From: a virus
Strand: one strand, 5' to 3'
DNA length: 64,000 nucleotides
IMG/VR virus record: IMGVR_UViG_3300046472_000374
Shown here: positions 53,986 through 63,146 of the stretch, in pieces
How the letters are laid out: every line of letters starts with the position of its first letter
Position numbering within the stretch: position 1 is the stretch's first letter
Notes under the pieces: model-generated
Seen by the model: the letters and a program-made list of their open reading frames with translations, nothing else
What the model was told of the DNA's origin: nothing
Databases searched by the model: none
Position numbers and translations under genes: made by a program

Positions 53986-54654
53986 CTACATTATACCACA
54001 GATTTTGGAAAGGAACAGGTCCAAGTGCTCGAAGCCGATATTTTTTTCCCACGTCCAGTGGAGACCGATCACGAGCGGACCATGTGAATTATATGGGTTT
54101 TCACGTGCTTTAGATTCCGAGATGATGGCGTTGACCGACCCTCCGGCCATCATCTCGTCCGACCTGCCATAGTAGGGAGGGAAGCTGGGGAACGTCTGCA
54201 GCCCGTTCTCGCAGGCGTACATGGCCACGTCGAAGTCCGTCCCCGGTCCCGAGTGGAGCATCGTGAACCCCGCCTTGAGGAGGGCATTCACCGTCTTTCG
54301 GTCGATGACATTGTGCGGCGGGATGTAGGCGTGCACCGGCTTCCCCGTCTCCTCCTCCAGGATGGCCTTCTCGTTGCGGAGGATGGCGTACACCTCCGCC
54401 TCGGTCTGGTGGTCCCTGAACTCGTTCGGGAAGCGCTCGTCGTGGTTCACGCCGTGCATGGCCACCCGGATGTTCGGCTGTTGGCCGAGCCACCGGAGAG
54501 CCTCGTCTGAACTGTAGACCGGGATGACTCCCAGGTCGTAGCTCAGGCTGTACTTCGACATGACCTGGTGGAACTCCTTGAAGGTCTCCAGGTTGTGCCG
54601 GTAGAACTCGTTGGGCTTGGTGCCCGGGAAGTCATCAACCCGAAAGAGGGTCAT
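53986..54654 (-). CDS. Polysaccharide deacetylase-like (CE4/NodB fold)
   Basis: FRVDD, GVIP, AMHGVNH, YIPPHN. Confidence 0.75.
   Translation of the reverse strand: MTLFRVDDFPGTKPNEFYRHNLETFKEFHQVMSKYSLSYDLGVIPVYSSDEALRWLGQQPNIRVAMHGVNHDERFPNEFRDHQTEAEVYAILRNEKAILEEETGKPVHAYIPPHNVIDRKTVNALLKAGFTMLHSGPGTDFDVAMYACENGLQTFPSFPPYYGRSDEMMAGGSVNAIISESKARENPYNSHGPLVIGLHWTWEKNIGFEHLDLFLSKICGIM
53990..54000 (-). promoter_or_regulatory. Sigma70-type extended -10 promoter TGTGGTATAAT
   Basis: TGn-TATAAT 11 nt before ATG 53978. Confidence 0.6.
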
Positions 54655-55654
54655 AGCCGAACTCCTGCGTCAGGTAGTTCAGCCAGTTCTGGCGGAAGAC
54701 TTCCACCGAGAAGCGAGCAGCGAACTCCCTGGCCTTCTCCCCCATGGTCGGACCGAGGATGACGTGCTCCAGGCAGGAGCGGGTCCCGTTGAGGGTGTAT
54801 TCCTTGTCGTAGCCCTTGCGGTCGAGGATGCGTCCGAAGTCTCCCTGGAGCCCTTCCTCGAGAGCCTGGTACATCAGGCCCACGTTGTAGCTGACGATGG
54901 GAACTCCCGAGGCCAGCGTCTCCAGGACGAAGTAGCTGTTCCCCTCGTGGGCTGAAGGGTGGACGACCAGGTCGGCCTGGGAGAGGGCCGGATACTTGGG
55001 CAGCCCGAAGTAGGCCGGTGCCTCGTCCAGGAGGAGGATGGTCGCGTCGATGTTCCGACCGAGGTACTCGATGTGAGATGAGCCCTTGTTGGCCGTCGTG
55101 GTCCCGTGGATGATGATGGGACGGTCACGCTTCTTCCGGTCCGTCGTGGGGACAAACCTCTTCATATCGATCCCGTTGTTGATGACCGGGAAGTCGAAGC
55201 CCCACTGGAGCTTGCACTGGTTGGCGATGAAGTCGGACACGGCCACGATCTTTCCGCCACGCTCGACCATCTTCTTCCGATAGTCCAGTTGGACGGCGGC
55301 ATGCAGCGGGAACTCCGGCGCGACTCCGTTTGCCACGTCGTCTGCCGTGGTGTGGCTCCAGTTGCCGTGGGCCACGCTGACCACGTTCTTGTGGTCCTCC
55401 AGGCCCAGACCCCAGAAGCCGTCGGCGATAACGATGTCGTCCGGCTTGATCCGCTTGGTGGCCTTGAGCCAGCCGTTGAGGGCACGTGCCTTGTCCCACT
55501 CATGGATGTTGGCGTCCGGTCGACGGAGCTCCTTCAGCATGTCGAACCAGGAGTAGTGCTTACTTTTGGGAAGAGCATACATGAGGTCGCGGTTGAAACG
55601 AGGAACGCCACCACCGGCGCCGATCTGGGTGTAGGACACGAGGATTACGTTCAT
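54635..55654 (-). CDS. GT4 glycosyltransferase
   Basis: GGVPRF, VAVSDF, VINNGID, HPSAHEGNSYFVLETLASGVPIV. Confidence 0.88.
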   Translation of the reverse strand: MNVILVSYTQIGAGGGVPRFNRDLMYALPKSKHYSWFDMLKELRRPDANIHEWDKARALNGWLKATKRIKPDDIVIADGFWGLGLEDHKNVVSVAHGNWSHTTADDVANGVAPEFPLHAAVQLDYRKKMVERGGKIVAVSDFIANQCKLQWGFDFPVINNGIDMKRFVPTTDRKKRDRPIIIHGTTTANKGSSHIEYLGRNIDATILLLDEAPAYFGLPKYPALSQADLVVHPSAHEGNSYFVLETLASGVPIVSYNVGLMYQALEEGLQGDFGRILDRKGYDKEYTLNGTRSCLEHVILGPTMGEKAREFAARFSVEVFRQNWLNYLTQEFGYDPLSG

Positions 55655-56415
55655 CCGAGTTCCCTTCTGACGTTGAGCTTGTCCGAGTCTGACTCGGGCA
55701 TCTCACGTCCGTTCTGGAGCCAAGTGCTCTTGTCGTAGCCTGCGTGCACCATCATACCAGGAAACACCAGGTTGGTGCGCCCAGTCTTGCAGACAGAGTT
55801 TGGGTGATTGCGGATGAACCACCAGTCGACTCCCGATCCCATGCCGTCGTTGGGCTTGGCCCGCACTCGGCTGGTCTCCCAGTCGAGTCGGGGGATCGGG
55901 AACATGCTCATCCAGTATTCTCTACGGGCGAACATGTTGGCCGCCCGGATCCAGTCCTTGAGGATCATGCCGTTCCCGATGTCTTTCCGGACGACGTGCT
56001 CGATGGACTCGATCCCGGAGGCGAAGCCGAGCTTGTACTGCTTCTCGAAGAGGAGGAAGAACTTGGCCATCTTCGGGAGCCAGCCCTTGGTGACCAGCAC
56101 ATCGTCTTGGATGTAGCAGACGAACGCCGCCACCTGAGCCTTGTCGCCGTGGGTCGGGTGGGCGTACCACTCGTTCAGGGCGTTGATGTGGGCCAAGGCC
56201 TGGTTGATGGATGGACCCAGCCCCAGGTTCTCGGTGTGGATCAGGGTGTGGTCGGGGAGGGTCCGGAGGAGCGGGGCGACGGAAGAACCGTCGACGACGA
56301 GGTGGAGGCGGTACTGGTCTCGCTCAGTGTTCTCAGCGATGGCCTTCAGGCACTTTTCGAGGAGGTCCGTCCGACCGGGCTTGTGGGTGACGAAGATGTC
56401 CGCGATGAGGGCCAT
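55651..56415 (-). CDS. GT2 (GT-A) glycosyltransferase
   Basis: R..LLEKCL, HLVVDGS, ENLGLG..IN.AL, YIQDD. Confidence 0.8.
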   Translation of the reverse strand: MALIADIFVTHKPGRTDLLEKCLKAIAENTERDQYRLHLVVDGSSVAPLLRTLPDHTLIHTENLGLGPSINQALAHINALNEWYAHPTHGDKAQVAAFVCYIQDDVLVTKGWLPKMAKFFLLFEKQYKLGFASGIESIEHVVRKDIGNGMILKDWIRAANMFARREYWMSMFPIPRLDWETSRVRAKPNDGMGSGVDWWFIRNHPNSVCKTGRTNLVFPGMMVHAGYDKSTWLQNGREMPESDSDKLNVRRELG

Positions 56416-56424
56416 ACACTAACT

Positions 56425-56435
56425 ATTATATCACA
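56425..56435 (-). promoter_or_regulatory. Sigma70-type extended -10 promoter TGTGATATAAT
   Basis: Identical 11-mer to 42414-42424; 9 nt before ATG 56415. Confidence 0.6.
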
Positions 56436-59400
56436 CTTCCATCCTGGCGATCCACTCTTTCATCACGGCAGGATTTGAACGCTTCAGCTCGAAGACCGGC
56501 GCCTTCTGGTGCTCTCCGCCCTGGGCCTTCATCTCGGCCGCCTTCTTCAGGACGTCTTCCTCGGTCTTCACCTCGGGAAAGCGGGGCTGCGGCGCCGGAT
56601 CGTTGTAGAGGTTGCTCCAGCACTTGTCCCAGAAGTCCCGGAAGTTCCGGATCTTGCGGGGGATGTCCGCCCACGAGTAGTGGTAGACTGACGGGAGCTC
56701 TCCATAGATCTGGTTCATCTTCTCGCCAAAGGCCTCCGGGTTGGAACGACGGAGCATCTCCATACCCTTGTCGTAGAAGCCGATGTGCGGGACGAAGTCG
56801 TAGTTCATCATGTCGATGTACTCGCAACCGTCCGACATGCCCTTCCGGGCGAAGGTCTTGCCGGTCTTCTCGTCCACCACCCGAGCGTCCTTGAAGATGC
56901 CGTGGGTGATGTTGAAGACGTTCCGGCTGAGGCGCCACTTCCAGGTGTGACGGTCCGTGCGACAGTGCTTGCTGTCGCCCCAGAGCTCCACCACCGGAAG
57001 GTGGACCAGGCTGACTTCCTTCGGGAAGCGCTTGACGAGCGCCCTGACCTTGTCGTAGTCTTCCTCGTGGACGACCTCGTCGCAGTCCTGCTGCCAGAGG
57101 AAGTCCCCGGTGCAGAGGGCCCGACCGAACGCCTTCTGCTGTCCGTCCATTCCCGGCTCTTCCCAGTCCCACGGGCGGACCGAGACCTCGAGCCGCGGCT
57201 CTTCCTTCGCCCAGGCCTGGAGCTTCTCCAGGGTCTCGTCCTGGGATCCACCGTCCACCACGACCACCTGGTCGCAGAAGCCGAGCATGGACTGGATGGA
57301 CTCCTTCCACGGGTACCCCTGCTTGCTGGGGTTCAGGATGTGGGTGTAGCCGCTGATGGTCGGGCGGTACTCCTTGTAGTCCGTCATCTTCTCCATGATG
57401 ACCGAGGAGTTGGAGTGCATCGCGATGACGCGAAGAGTCTCCTCCACGACCTTCTTCGGAGAGATCTCGTTGACGCAGGGATGGTCCTTGTCCACCGAGC
57501 AGGTGTACTTGTAGCAGGCCCGGTCGCAGGAATAGCGGTCCGGCGTGTCCAGCAGGACGGCCAGCTTCTTCTTGTTGACCGGACCCGTGGACGTGGCGTA
57601 GGAGCTCCCGTAGAGGGAGACCTGTGGAACGTCCAGACCGTCCGCCAGGTGGGACGTGACCGAGTCGATGCTGAGGAGGAGCTTGGCGCCCTTGACCACG
57701 GAGGCCAGCTGGTTGTAGCTGGTCTTGCCACGGAAGTCGACGACGTCCTTGTACTCCGGATCGTCCGGCATTCCGACCTGGACGACCGGAAGTCCCGTCA
57801 TGGCCCGCAGGTTGCTGATGACCTCCTGCCAGTGCAGGTAGTTCCGTGCCTCCCACTGTCCCTTACCCGATCCGGGGTTGAGGACGATGTACTCCTCGGG
57901 GAGCCCGTCGACCTTGTCCAGGGCGATCCGGTACTCTCCGAACTCCACGTCGCAGAGGTGCGCCATCTCGTTTCCGAGGAGGCGTCCCTTGCCACGCTTG
58001 ACCCAGTTGGCCGCCGTGGTCTGGATGGCCAGGTTGGGTGTGAAGACGTCGTCGAAGACCTGCTCGCAGAGCGGGACGTTCTGCATCCAGCCCTCGAACT
58101 GGACGCCCTGGTCGATGTCCGGGTTGTCCCGGATGATCGAGGCGTACTGCTCGTTCGTGGCGAAGAAGATCTTGTGTTCCGGGAACTTCTTCCGGAGGGA
58201 GTTCACGACCGCCGTGGAGATGTAGACGTCCCCGGCCGACATGGGCATCGTGTAGAGGAGGGTCTTCTTCCCGTCCCCCGAGAAGCGCTTCTTGAGGAGA
58301 GCGACCGCCTCCGCCTCCGAGCGGGGGTTCTGGGCGGTGTGGAGCTTCAGGAACTCCCCGATGGACTGGTAGAGCGTGTAGCCGGTCTTCTGCTCGGAGA
58401 AGTTCTCGGCCACGTGCTTGGCCAGTTCGGCCGCCCACTCCTTCGGCTTCTCGTAGCTGAGGGTCAGCTTCTTCAGCTTCAGCTTTACGTCGTCTTCCTT
58501 GGGGTTGGCCCACTGGCTCCCCTTCTCCATGACGCCGTTCCAGATGCAGGACTCGGGGATCTCCTTGAGCTCGTACTCCAGGGGAACGAACTTCTTCCGT
58601 CCGTCGATCTGGAGGAAGTCCAGGTGACCCGACCAGGCGGTGGCCACGACCGGCAGGCCGCAGGCGGCGGCCTCCAGGAGCGGCAATCCGAAGCCCTCTC
58701 CGTGGGTCAGGGACACCAGCGCCTTGACCTGGGGATGCTTATACAGGCCCGCCATCTCGGCATCACTCAGACGTCCGTGGATGAGCTGGATGCGGGGGAA
58801 CTTCTCGCATCCGACCAGCTTCTTGATCTCCTTGAGCCGGTGGACCATCGTGTCGTAGTCCATGAGGGACCCGTTGACGATGCCCGCCTTCAGGACCAGA
58901 CCCACATTCGGGTCATCCTTGAAGCGCTCGCAGAACCACTTGACGAGGTTGCCGAGGTTCTTCCGGTCCTCGCCCAGCGGCTTGTCCAGCCCCAGCCCCA
59001 CGAAGAGGTAGTTGAAGGGTGCGTCGAGCTCGAACTTCCGGACGTCCTCGGGGACGGGATCCGTGTTGTAGTACCGGACGTCCACGCCCTCGTGGCAGAC
59101 CGCCAGGGGCTTGGTGACCCTGAGCTGTCCTTCGGGGGTGTTGTACCCCACGTTGAGCATGGTGTTCTTGGAATGCTCCGAGGGGACGACGATGAGGTCG
59201 ATCTTCTCGTTGATCTTCTTGATCCACTCCGGGGAGACGCGGTCGACCTCGATGCCGGCCGTGATGCCGATGTTCACCCGGGCCATCTTCTCGAACTCGT
59301 TCGGGATGGTGACCTGGACGGACACGTCGTACTGCGTGTTCCCCTGGGCCTTCTCCATCTCGTACTTGACGATGAGGTCCTTGATCTTGGCGAAGAACGG

Positions 59401-59556
59401 GGTCTGGTCGAGGATATACGAGGTATTGCCCCAGTTGCAGGCCATCACACTGACGTCGTACTCCCCGCAGGCCAGGAGGGCCTTGAGTACCTGTCGGGAG
59501 TGGACACCGTAGCCCGAGGCCGTGAGGACCGGGGCGCGGAGGAGGAGCTTGAGCAT
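56431..59556 (-). CDS. Three-domain glycosyltransferase fusion GT4-GT9-GT2
   Basis: GT4: SGYG, GEGFGLPLLEAAACGLPVV. GT9: AGDVYISTAVVNSLRKKFP, SIDSVTSHLA..LDVPQVSLYG. GT2: DQVVVVDGGSQDET, WQQDCDE. Confidence 0.88.
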   Translation of the reverse strand: MLKLLLRAPVLTASGYGVHSRQVLKALLACGEYDVSVMACNWGNTSYILDQTPFFAKIKDLIVKYEMEKAQGNTQYDVSVQVTIPNEFEKMARVNIGITAGIEVDRVSPEWIKKINEKIDLIVVPSEHSKNTMLNVGYNTPEGQLRVTKPLAVCHEGVDVRYYNTDPVPEDVRKFELDAPFNYLFVGLGLDKPLGEDRKNLGNLVKWFCERFKDDPNVGLVLKAGIVNGSLMDYDTMVHRLKEIKKLVGCEKFPRIQLIHGRLSDAEMAGLYKHPQVKALVSLTHGEGFGLPLLEAAACGLPVVATAWSGHLDFLQIDGRKKFVPLEYELKEIPESCIWNGVMEKGSQWANPKEDDVKLKLKKLTLSYEKPKEWAAELAKHVAENFSEQKTGYTLYQSIGEFLKLHTAQNPRSEAEAVALLKKRFSGDGKKTLLYTMPMSAGDVYISTAVVNSLRKKFPEHKIFFATNEQYASIIRDNPDIDQGVQFEGWMQNVPLCEQVFDDVFTPNLAIQTTAANWVKRGKGRLLGNEMAHLCDVEFGEYRIALDKVDGLPEEYIVLNPGSGKGQWEARNYLHWQEVISNLRAMTGLPVVQVGMPDDPEYKDVVDFRGKTSYNQLASVVKGAKLLLSIDSVTSHLADGLDVPQVSLYGSSYATSTGPVNKKKLAVLLDTPDRYSCDRACYKYTCSVDKDHPCVNEISPKKVVEETLRVIAMHSNSSVIMEKMTDYKEYRPTISGYTHILNPSKQGYPWKESIQSMLGFCDQVVVVDGGSQDETLEKLQAWAKEEPRLEVSVRPWDWEEPGMDGQQKAFGRALCTGDFLWQQDCDEVVHEEDYDKVRALVKRFPKEVSLVHLPVVELWGDSKHCRTDRHTWKWRLSRNVFNITHGIFKDARVVDEKTGKTFARKGMSDGCEYIDMMNYDFVPHIGFYDKGMEMLRRSNPEAFGEKMNQIYGELPSVYHYSWADIPRKIRNFRDFWDKCWSNLYNDPAPQPRFPEVKTEEDVLKKAAEMKAQGGEHQKAPVFELKRSNPAVMKEWIARMEV

Positions 59557-59566
59557 CGGATGCCTT

Positions 59567-60505
59567 TCAGCGAGCCAGGATGATGCTGGGTTGGTTTCGC
59601 TTCTCGTAGAGGTCCAGGACCTCCAGACCCTGCTTCAGACTGAGCTGGGGATTCCACCCCAGGACGTCCCGGGCCTTGCTGTTGTCGGCCAGGGTGACCA
59701 TCGCCTCGGCCGGACGGTCGGGGATGTAGGTCTTCTCGCCGCCGACCATGTCGGCTACCTGGTTGATCGAGTAGTTCACGCCGGTCCCGATGTTGAACAC
59801 ACCGGTCGCGTTGCGGTTCATGGCTGCCAGCATGTTGGCCCGGACCACGTCGCCGACGAAGGTGAAGTCCCGGCGCTTCTCGCCGGTCCCCACGACCGTC
59901 AGCGGCAGGCCTTCCCGCAGCTGCTTCCTGAAGATGGCGATGACGGTGGCGTACGAGCCCTCTTCCTGGTGGCGGGGGCCGTAGACGTTGAAGTAGCGGA
60001 GGGCCACAGTGGAGAGCCCGTAGAGTTTGGTGTAGACCTCACAAACGTCCTCACCGAACTTCTTCCCCAGGGCGTAGGGGTTGAGGCAGTCGGAAGGCAT
60101 CGTCTCCTTGAGGGGAGGCTTGTTCTTCAGACCGTAGCAGCTGGAGCTGGCCGAGTAGACGACCCGCTTGACCCCGCCCTGACGGCAGGCCTCGAGGACG
60201 TTGGCCGACCCCATGCAGTTCTGGCTGAACGCCAGAAGGGGGTCGGTGATGCTCGGCTGGATCCGGCTCATGGCCGCCAGGTGGAACACCCAGTCCTTGT
60301 GGTCCACCACCCGCCGAACCATGTCGAAGTCCCGGATGTCTCCCCGGACGACCTCGAGTCTGGGCTCGTCTTTCCAACGGTAGAGGTTCTCGATCTTCCC
60401 TTCCGAGAAGTTGTCGAGGACCATGACCTCGTGTCCCTGCACCAGGAGCTCGTCGACCAGGTGCGACCCGATGAAACCCGCTCCTCCGAGAACTGCAACC
60501 GGCAT
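59567..60505 (-). CDS. NAD-dependent NDP-sugar epimerase/dehydratase (extended SDR)
   Basis: GGAGFIGSH, HLAA, SSSCYG, YALGK (YxxxK), LRYFNVYGP, RDFTFV; start MPVAV at 60505 with AGGAGA SD. Confidence 0.92.
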   Translation of the reverse strand: MPVAVLGGAGFIGSHLVDELLVQGHEVMVLDNFSEGKIENLYRWKDEPRLEVVRGDIRDFDMVRRVVDHKDWVFHLAAMSRIQPSITDPLLAFSQNCMGSANVLEACRQGGVKRVVYSASSSCYGLKNKPPLKETMPSDCLNPYALGKKFGEDVCEVYTKLYGLSTVALRYFNVYGPRHQEEGSYATVIAIFRKQLREGLPLTVVGTGEKRRDFTFVGDVVRANMLAAMNRNATGVFNIGTGVNYSINQVADMVGGEKTYIPDRPAEAMVTLADNSKARDVLGWNPQLSLKQGLEVLDLYEKRNQPSIILAR

Positions 60506-60513
60506 GTCTTCTC

Positions 60514-61836
60514 CTAGACTGAGGCCAGGCGGACGTTCTGACGTCCGCGCCCCTTGTAAATATTGATCTGACCTTCCAGGACCTTGTCCCAGTCGTCGAT
60601 CATCTTTTGCTCGCCGAAGTTCTCGGCGACCCACTGACGAGCCTCGAGACCGAGAGCCCTCCGTTTCTGCCTTCCCATCTCGTAGAGCCGGACGAGGCCG
60701 GAGACCACGTCGTCGTGGTTCACCTTGTCGTCGTAGATGTAGGGGATCGGCTGGCTGCCCGTGCAGGAGCGGGAGGCCGTGAAGACGGGGCTGCCCCACC
60801 ACTTACCCTTGCCGGCGCGGTACATCTTTTTGGCATGGGCCGTGAGCTTCTCCTGGTCACGAAAGTCCTTGAGATCCTTCCACCAGTCGCCCATCTGGTA
60901 CTGGAGACCACCTGTCATGTGGACGATGATGGGGGTCCCTGAGGAGAGAGACTCCAGGGTGCCCAGACCGAACCCCTCGTTGGAGGCGATGTTGATCGTG
61001 GCGTCGCAGACGTTGAGGAGCATGTTCAGCTTGGCCGGTTCGATTCGGGCCTCGCTGATGATGAGGTTGTTGTCGATGTTGAACCGTTCGGCTACCGCCG
61101 AGATGTCCTGCCCTTCGGGATCGTGCACGTTGGTGTGCATGAAGAGGGCGACGTTCTGCTTGCCCACCTTCTCGGCGAACTTGGCGAAGGTGGCCACCAC
61201 GTCTCCGGTCTGCTTCCGGCGGGCGTTGCGGTTGTTCCAGAAGAGGATGAACTTCTTGTCCGCGTGGGGACCGAGATGCTCCCGCTTGAACTTCTGGATC
61301 TCTTCCTCGTCGAGAGGCTTGAAGTTGTCCATGGAGACCGAGTGGGGGATGTAGCTGCAGCGCTCGTACCCCATGTCATCCAGGAGGCCCTTCGTCTTCA
61401 TCGACAGGGCCACAATGTGGTCGGTCGACTCGTACAGGACCTTGTTGAACTTCGGGGTCGGATCGTTGTCCCAGACGTGCCAGTAGACGATCGGGCACTC
61501 GGCGCGGACCTCGTCCTCGATCTCCCAGAGCCACATAAAGAAGCGTGGATCGGTGAAGATGAAGACCGCGTCCGGACGTTCGGCCATGATCATCTGCCGG
61601 ATCGTGTTCTTGTCGCCGTGGCCCTCGACCGGGAAGATGATCCAGTCGTCCCCGAACTTGTCGGGAGCCACCTTCTGCGGTCTCATGTCGGGGTGCTTGA
61701 TCGCGCCACCGAGACAGATGAACTTGTACTTTCCGGTGGCGAGCAGCCCCTCGATGAGGTACTTCGCCTGGGTGCCGACACCCGAGGGAACGAGGGGGTG
61801 ATCGGAAAGAAAGAGGATCTTGCGCTTCTCGGCCAT
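60514..61836 (-). CDS. GT4 glycosyltransferase
   Basis: SGVGTQ, YIPHSV, NRNARRK, EGFGLGTLESLSSGTPII. Confidence 0.88.
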   Translation of the reverse strand: MAEKRKILFLSDHPLVPSGVGTQAKYLIEGLLATGKYKFICLGGAIKHPDMRPQKVAPDKFGDDWIIFPVEGHGDKNTIRQMIMAERPDAVFIFTDPRFFMWLWEIEDEVRAECPIVYWHVWDNDPTPKFNKVLYESTDHIVALSMKTKGLLDDMGYERCSYIPHSVSMDNFKPLDEEEIQKFKREHLGPHADKKFILFWNNRNARRKQTGDVVATFAKFAEKVGKQNVALFMHTNVHDPEGQDISAVAERFNIDNNLIISEARIEPAKLNMLLNVCDATINIASNEGFGLGTLESLSSGTPIIVHMTGGLQYQMGDWWKDLKDFRDQEKLTAHAKKMYRAGKGKWWGSPVFTASRSCTGSQPIPYIYDDKVNHDDVVSGLVRLYEMGRQKRRALGLEARQWVAENFGEQKMIDDWDKVLEGQINIYKGRGRQNVRLASV

Positions 61837-61843
61837 GTGTTAC

Positions 61844-62791
61844 CTAGGCTTTCGGGGGTGGCACAGGGGCGTCACAGTGCTCAGTCCCCAGGTATGGGCA
61901 ACGTTCGTTCCAGTCGTCGATGCAGTTCTTGTGGTTCTTGATGAGGGTGCCGGCGTCGAACCTCTTCTTCAGCTGGGTGATGTCCTTGTTTAGAGACTCC
62001 ACCGCCCTGCCGACGGAGACAGGACCCGCTGAGATGGGGAGGAATTCGATCGGCTTCACCAGCTCCTTCGATCCCCTGGACACGGGACGTGGAGCCCTGA
62101 GGAGGAGGACGAAGGCGGTACGGACGTTGGCGGGATCCAGCCCGTGCTTCTTGCAGAAGAAATGCTTGTAGAGCAGGATCTGGTAGTGGAGCTCGAGATC
62201 CGTCTTCTTGTCCATCGGCCAGCCCCAGCCCGCGGTCTTGAAGTCGATGATGTACAGGATGGTCTCGCCGCGCTTCGACTTGGTCTTGACCACCATGTCG
62301 ATGTAGCCCTTGAACTTGATGTCCAGACCGTCGGTCCGGGCGATGGGCTCCTCGAGCTTGTACTCGTTCCAGAGCACCTGGGCCGTGGCCAGTTCCTCAC
62401 ACTCGTGGAACCGTCTCAGGACCCGCTCACCGGCCTCCAGGAAGGTCTCGGGGCGGAGGGCGGACTTGTTCGGCTTCCCGTTCTCGTCGTGGGTCGGGGT
62501 CCAGAGACGGACCTGTTCCTTCTCCTGGTACTTGAGGACGTTGGACCAGAACAGCCACTCGAACTTCTTCTTGAAGTAGAAGACGGCGATCTCGATGTCG
62601 GTGATGATGGGGTTGCGAGCGTGGCAGAGCTCGATGGTCTCGTGCAGGGCTGTCCCGAAGTCCATGTAGATCCCATAGACCTTGTGGTACAGCTTGTCGA
62701 TGGAGTTGAGCTTCCACCGCCACTGGCAGTGGTTGCGAGCTTCCATCCAGCCCGAGTAGCTGATCTTCTTGGGGAACTCTACGTCAGACAG
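61844..62791 (-). CDS. PD-(D/E)XK (RecB/Cas4-like) nuclease, probable CTG start
   Basis: ISYS...C..RWKL, FGTALHE.IE, GYIDMV, IIDFKT, QILLY, C...CPY....C; SD GGGAGG 5 nt before an in-frame CTG at 62791. Confidence 0.8.
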   Translation of the reverse strand: MSDVEFPKKISYSGWMEARNHCQWRWKLNSIDKLYHKVYGIYMDFGTALHETIELCHARNPIITDIEIAVFYFKKKFEWLFWSNVLKYQEKEQVRLWTPTHDENGKPNKSALRPETFLEAGERVLRRFHECEELATAQVLWNEYKLEEPIARTDGLDIKFKGYIDMVVKTKSKRGETILYIIDFKTAGWGWPMDKKTDLELHYQILLYKHFFCKKHGLDPANVRTAFVLLLRAPRPVSRGSKELVKPIEFLPISAGPVSVGRAVESLNKDITQLKKRFDAGTLIKNHKNCIDDWNERCPYLGTEHCDAPVPPPKA

Positions 62792-62792
62792 G

Positions 62793-63143
62793 TTAGCCTC
62801 CCGTCTTTGTGATTACAACGACGGTGGCGTTCGGATCGAGCGATCCCGTCTGGAGATTCTGCAGGGTGCTGCGCCAGAGAACATCGTAGCTCTGGCCGTC
62901 GATGGCGACGTGGTTCGGGTTGGCCGACAGCAGGAGGGCGGCGTTGGAAGCCTTCTTCTCCGTATCGGCCAGCTTCTTCTTCAGGTCGGTGATCTGACCG
63001 TTGGAAGCCGAGAGCGCCTGGTGGTGGAAGGCCAACGATCCCGACAGTCTCTGCCGGTCCGCCCTCAGGGAGGCGATGGTCGCCTGCAGCACGGCCGGAT
63101 CTAGACTTCCCGAACCGAGACTTCCGGAACCGTGCGTTGGCAT
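62793..63143 (-). CDS. Small coiled-coil protein, paralog B
   Basis: C-terminal HVAIDGQSYDVLWRST...VVVITKTGG shared with the upstream gene. Confidence 0.65.
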   Translation of the reverse strand: MPTHGSGSLGSGSLDPAVLQATIASLRADRQRLSGSLAFHHQALSASNGQITDLKKKLADTEKKASNAALLLSANPNHVAIDGQSYDVLWRSTLQNLQTGSLDPNATVVVITKTGG

Positions 63144-63146
63144 GCC

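Noticed and set aside
42420-61836. Cellular (bacterial LPS/capsule) locus or prophage-flanking host DNA
   Set aside because: Same strand, coupling style and promoter motifs as the flanking phage genes, with no housekeeping genes, integrase or export machinery; most consistent with a phage-borne island.
61844-62791. Cas4 / CRISPR system
   Set aside because: Stand-alone PD-(D/E)XK nuclease; no repeat-spacer array or other cas genes seen.
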